Positions 60,093 to 64,000 of a stretch of 64,000 bases of DNA are shown here, in pieces. The notes below the pieces were generated by a model. That model made no database searches, was not told where the DNA came from, and saw only the letters and a program-made list of their open reading frames with translations. A program made the translations under genes and the position numbers. The stretch is from Chiloscyllium plagiosum. Taxonomy: Eukaryota. The stretch lies in the NCBI RefSeq assembly GCF_004010195.1, contig NC_057718.1, positions 90,811,353 to 90,875,352 of the forward strand, in the 5' to 3' direction. How positions within the stretch are numbered: the stretch's first letter is position 1; each line of letters begins with the position of its first letter.

Positions 60093-61132
60093 GAGCTGTC
60101 AAAGTGGCTATCTGTGATGATGGACATGTAAAGCACAGAATCCATCAATTGATGCCGTCAAAAAGGGGACTTGGCTTGACTTTCCCTGACAATCCTGCAC
60201 TTCACAGGATCTGTCAGGTCTAAAGCACACTCCGCATTTCTGAAGGAACCCTGGTTGGAATCTCCTGTCAGAAATGGGGAGCTCTTTCTCAACATTAAAA
60301 ACAAAGTAGGTCAGCACTCTTTGGAAAATTAGCCCATTATATCCATCTGGATTGTTACAGGGACGTGGTATATAATGCAGACTGATAACTGTGAATGTTA
60401 CGATATTGAGGTGGCCCCTGTAAGAATGGGATGTCCAGCAATTCCATTATGTCCACGACAAAGAGATATCCCTTCCTTAATTATCAGAGTCAGAAACAAT
60501 AAAGCAAAAATGGATTTATATAATGTCAAGGCTGGGAGTGCCCTTAATTGTAGGTATTGGTTTCTAAGGATAGCGATCCTTCTGATACTGCAATATTCCT
60601 TACCAATGGATTTAAGACAGAATGACATCAAGCATCATTGCGATTACTCCCCACACCCACATGAAGTAGCATGCCAATGCTTGCTGTCCAAGCTCATACA
60701 TGAAGAATGTACTGATAACCAGGGAAAGCCAGGTCCTGTGCACCTATGAGTCATTGCCACAGATTTCCAAGATGGTCACATATTGGAAGATATTTTGAAT
60801 ATAGAGAACACTTATTACAAAATCATGGGCAATTGGTTCTCTGATCTATTGCTTTGAGACATTGGAATAACTCGCAAGGTTTGAGAAGATTTGCAGGTCA
60901 GGTTGGGCAAACTACATCCAGAATTGGAATAGCTGTTCCGTTGTCTATGAGAGTCGATAGAAGGTGACAGTGTGAAAACAAAGAAAGCGACAGATTAGTT
61001 GATGAGCTGGAGCTTAAACCGTAACATTTACATCTTGCTCCACTCGGCAGAAATCAGCTTGAAAGTAGTCTAACACGAACACTGTGCATTTTTCTAACAA
61101 GGACATAAAATATTCTCTTTTCCTTTCTGTAG

Positions 61133-61198
61133 TTAGCGTTGAACAGCCGGGGCCTTGTGTATTCGGTGGGATTGCTGCTAGCTTCTGTTTTCGTAACA
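61133..61198 (+). CDS. SLC24A3: SLC24A3 exon (66 nt), LALNSRGLVYSVGLLLASVFVT; probably the penultimate coding exon
   Basis: Pyrimidine tract plus tAG, GTaagt donor, phase 0/0. Matches NCKX3 .LNSRGL.YSVGLLLASVFVT. Confidence 0.94.
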
Positions 61199-62351
61199 GT
61201 AAGTAATGGACTCAGTCGTTGCCATTGTGTACTGCCATTCTGATGCCATCACTGAGCCAGTGATGAATTATCCTTGGGGGTTTATCCAATGTTGTTACCA
61301 TAACTCCATGGCTGTATGTTACAAACCTCATAACATCTGGCTTTGTTGATTTTCTGTAAGAGGCAAAGGGTGCATTCTGAATCTGCTAGAACATTCTTTC
61401 CTCAAACCTGCATTATTTTTCCACATACCCTTTTGTGCACTATAAAAACTTACAGCTTCCCCTATTTCTTACAGGAACATCAGTTTCACTATTTGCTCTT
61501 CACACAATGTCTGCTTTCCTCCCTTCTTTCAAGTCAGCTTAAAGTGCTTTCAACTAAATGGAGATTCTGTTTCAACCAATCTGAGTTGAAATCATGACCA
61601 ACATGGGTTAAATTCAGTCCACCCACACAGATATTCAAATTAATGGTCTAACTTGATACAATCTTCATCATTAGCCTTCTAGCCTGGCTCTGTCTGCAAG
61701 CAGACATTTTATTCCAGATAAGTCTGTCTCAAGGACTTGAAAACAGCATGTTATCTCGCCAGAAAGACCAGGAAAAGAAATCCCATTCTTTACTTGTACT
61801 GAGTGTCCTGGCAGTTTATCTGCCTGTTACAAAAGCTCCAGTACCAGTTTGCATCGTGGCGCTATGATGATGTGAAGGAGTTTAATAATGTTATGCTGCA
61901 AAAGTTTGGTTGCTTCCTGCAGCGTGTAAGTGTGATTGTGAATTTTAAATGGATGGAAATTACACAGCAGGGCCTCTTATCACGTCTAACTGTTAGAACG
62001 TCCACGTCAAGTATAAATCCTTTGGAAGAACACTACTAATGTTTCACTGCCACCAAAACCCGGTCATTTAGTGACCTAGAAAGCTATCAAATATTATGAA
62101 CTCATTGTCTTCATGCTTGAACCTTTGAAACTAAAATCAGGTGGTTTTTCAGCCATAATGTGAAAAATTAACGGGCATTAATTTTTATTTCAATGAATAT
62201 TGCTGCCCTTAAATCTGTAACCATTCTTCAGTTGAGCAATCACATGTTACCAAAAATGCTGTTTAGGAAAACCATTAATTCATGGGGAGGGAATTAATTC
62301 AATGGGCAGCCAAAGGACTAATGATACTATCAATAGATTATCAATAGACTT

Positions 62352-62637
62352 GGGGTGCCACGGTGGCTCAGTGGTTAGCACTGCTGCCTCATAGTGCTGG
62401 GGACCTGGGTTCAATTCCAGCATTGGGCAGCTGTCTGTGTGGAGTTTGCATGTTCTCCCTGTGTTTGCGTGGGTTTCCTCTGGGTACTCTGCAGGCCAGG
62501 TGAATTGGCTGTGTTAAATTGCCCATAGTGTTAGGTGCATTAGTTAGGGGAATGGGTCTGGGTGGGTTACTCTCCGGAGGGTCGGTGTGGACTTGTTGAG
62601 CTGAAGGGCCTGTTTCCATACTATAGGGAATCTAATC
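62352..62637 (+). mobile_element. HE1-like V-SINE
   Basis: A/B boxes, V domain and tctaatc tail. Confidence 0.9.
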
Positions 62638-62639
62638 CA

Positions 62640-62935
62640 GAAACTCAGCTAATGTTTCAGGGAGCCAAGTTCAAATCCTGCCACAGCAGATGGTGGAATT
62701 TAAAATGAATAAAGAATCTGGAATTGAGTGTCTAAGGCTGACCATGAAACCATAGTTAGGGGAAAAACCCATCTGGTTCAGTAATGTCCTTCAGGGAAGG
62801 AAATTGCCATCCTTACCTGGTCTGGCCTACATGTGACTCCAGACCCACAGCAATATGGTTGACTCTTAACTGGTCTCTGGGCAATAAATGCTGGCCTAGC
62901 TAGAGGACCCACATCCCATAGATGAATAGAAAAAA
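62640..62935 (+). mobile_element. tRNA-derived SINE sharing its 3' tail with the LINE at 22200-22770
   Basis: B-box GTTCAAATCC, gggaaggaaa..gccatccttacctggtctggcctacatgtgactccagacc core, and gggcaataaatgctggcc..cccacatccc tail. Confidence 0.7.
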
Positions 62936-64000
62936 ATCATCTGGGGTCAAATTTATTCTTTGGTACCTCATTTTAAAATCTGCCATTCTAAAATTAAAGG
63001 ATTGCAGGCATTTTCCTTCATACTTTCTGTAAAAAGTTTGCTCATCTGATTTTAGGTTATTTAGGACCTCTCACCAACCAATAATTATTTGTGTATTGTT
63101 AATATATTTACACTTCTAGCTAACCAAGTTACTTATCATCAGACATGCTACTGCAGCTCTTTACAGCCAATCCAGTCTGGGTCAAAAATCACATGACACC
63201 CGGATTATAGTCCAACGGGGTTTATTTAAAAACACTACCTTTCGGAGCGCTGCTCCCTCAACAGGTGCTAGTGAGAGAGGAAGATCCTAGACACAGAATT
63301 TATAAGGAAAAGGTCAAAGGGTTATGCGAATGAGTTGAACATATGCAAGACAACCCTTAAATGTTTAATCAGTGAGGGTGGAGATCCAGGTTTCAATTGA
63401 TAAATATGCAAATCCACGAATTTCTTTCAGTCTGTACATTGCTGCTCGGGAGAAGAAGTCTCTCCGCATTGTGGTCCTGATCGGTGTTCACAAGCTTGAC
63501 CATAAACATGTGCATATTGAGGGTTTACAGTTAGGTTCAGCTGTGATATTCTTTGCCCTTTGCCCCCACTGAAGCTGCTTGTGGAGGATGAACAGGCAGC
63601 ATGATACGAAGCTAGACTGCAGCATTGTCCTCCCATTAATTGGGACCCCACACCTTCAGGTGGGGAGCAGAACAACCAGAAAACAAGGTGCCTCATTAAT
63701 CCGCAGCAAGTGTAGCGTCCTGCTAAACTCTCAAGTACAACAAGATTTAAGTTAGAGTGTCAGAGAATAGGCGGGAAAATAAAGTTGGTGTGTAGATCAG
63801 TCATGGTCTAAAGGAATATGGAGGAGGATCAAAGTGTGAAATCTCTTCCTAATGTTCCGTTATTATTCATTCACAGGATGAGGATGTTACTAGCTGGGTC
63901 AGCATTTATTGCCCATCCCAGAGGGTGGTTAGGAGTCAACCACAGTGCTGTGGACTTAGAGTCACATATAGGCCAAACCAGGTGAGGGTGGCAGTTTCCT

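Noticed and set aside
61130..61136. Alternative acceptor at the second AG of TAGTTAG
   Set aside because: A 4-nt shift would break the frame; the first AG gives the homologous 22-codon exon.
63372..63572. ORF containing IVVLIGVHKLD as a possible final SLC24A3 exon
   Set aside because: Only superficial resemblance; it lacks the expected hydrophobic TM and conserved C-terminus, and its start overlaps a family B PLE fragment.

Overview
This is vertebrate genomic DNA, most likely from a shark, inferred from HE1/V-SINEs, CR1 LINEs and DeuSINE-like repeats. The window appears to lie entirely within one + strand gene, SLC24A3 (NCKX3, K+-dependent Na+/Ca2+ exchanger). Ten GT-AG coding exons between 16213 and 61198 splice in frame to 1188 nt (396 codons). 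The upstream exons and the last exon were not found and presumably lie outside the window. The introns are dense with retroelements, a ~36-bp minisatellite, CA/TG microsatellites and an internally deleted FLYWCH-MULE DNA transposon with a 9-bp TSD. The most notable signal is a set of short Penelope-like (PLE) insertions from at least four sequence families. Most are fold-back inverted pairs flanked by 10-15 bp target-site duplications and carry minimal hammerhead-ribozyme motifs. One family has a compensatory U3-A8 core in place of C3-G8. All calls were made by eye. Exon and TSD coordinates were counted exactly; other repeat boundaries are approximate.
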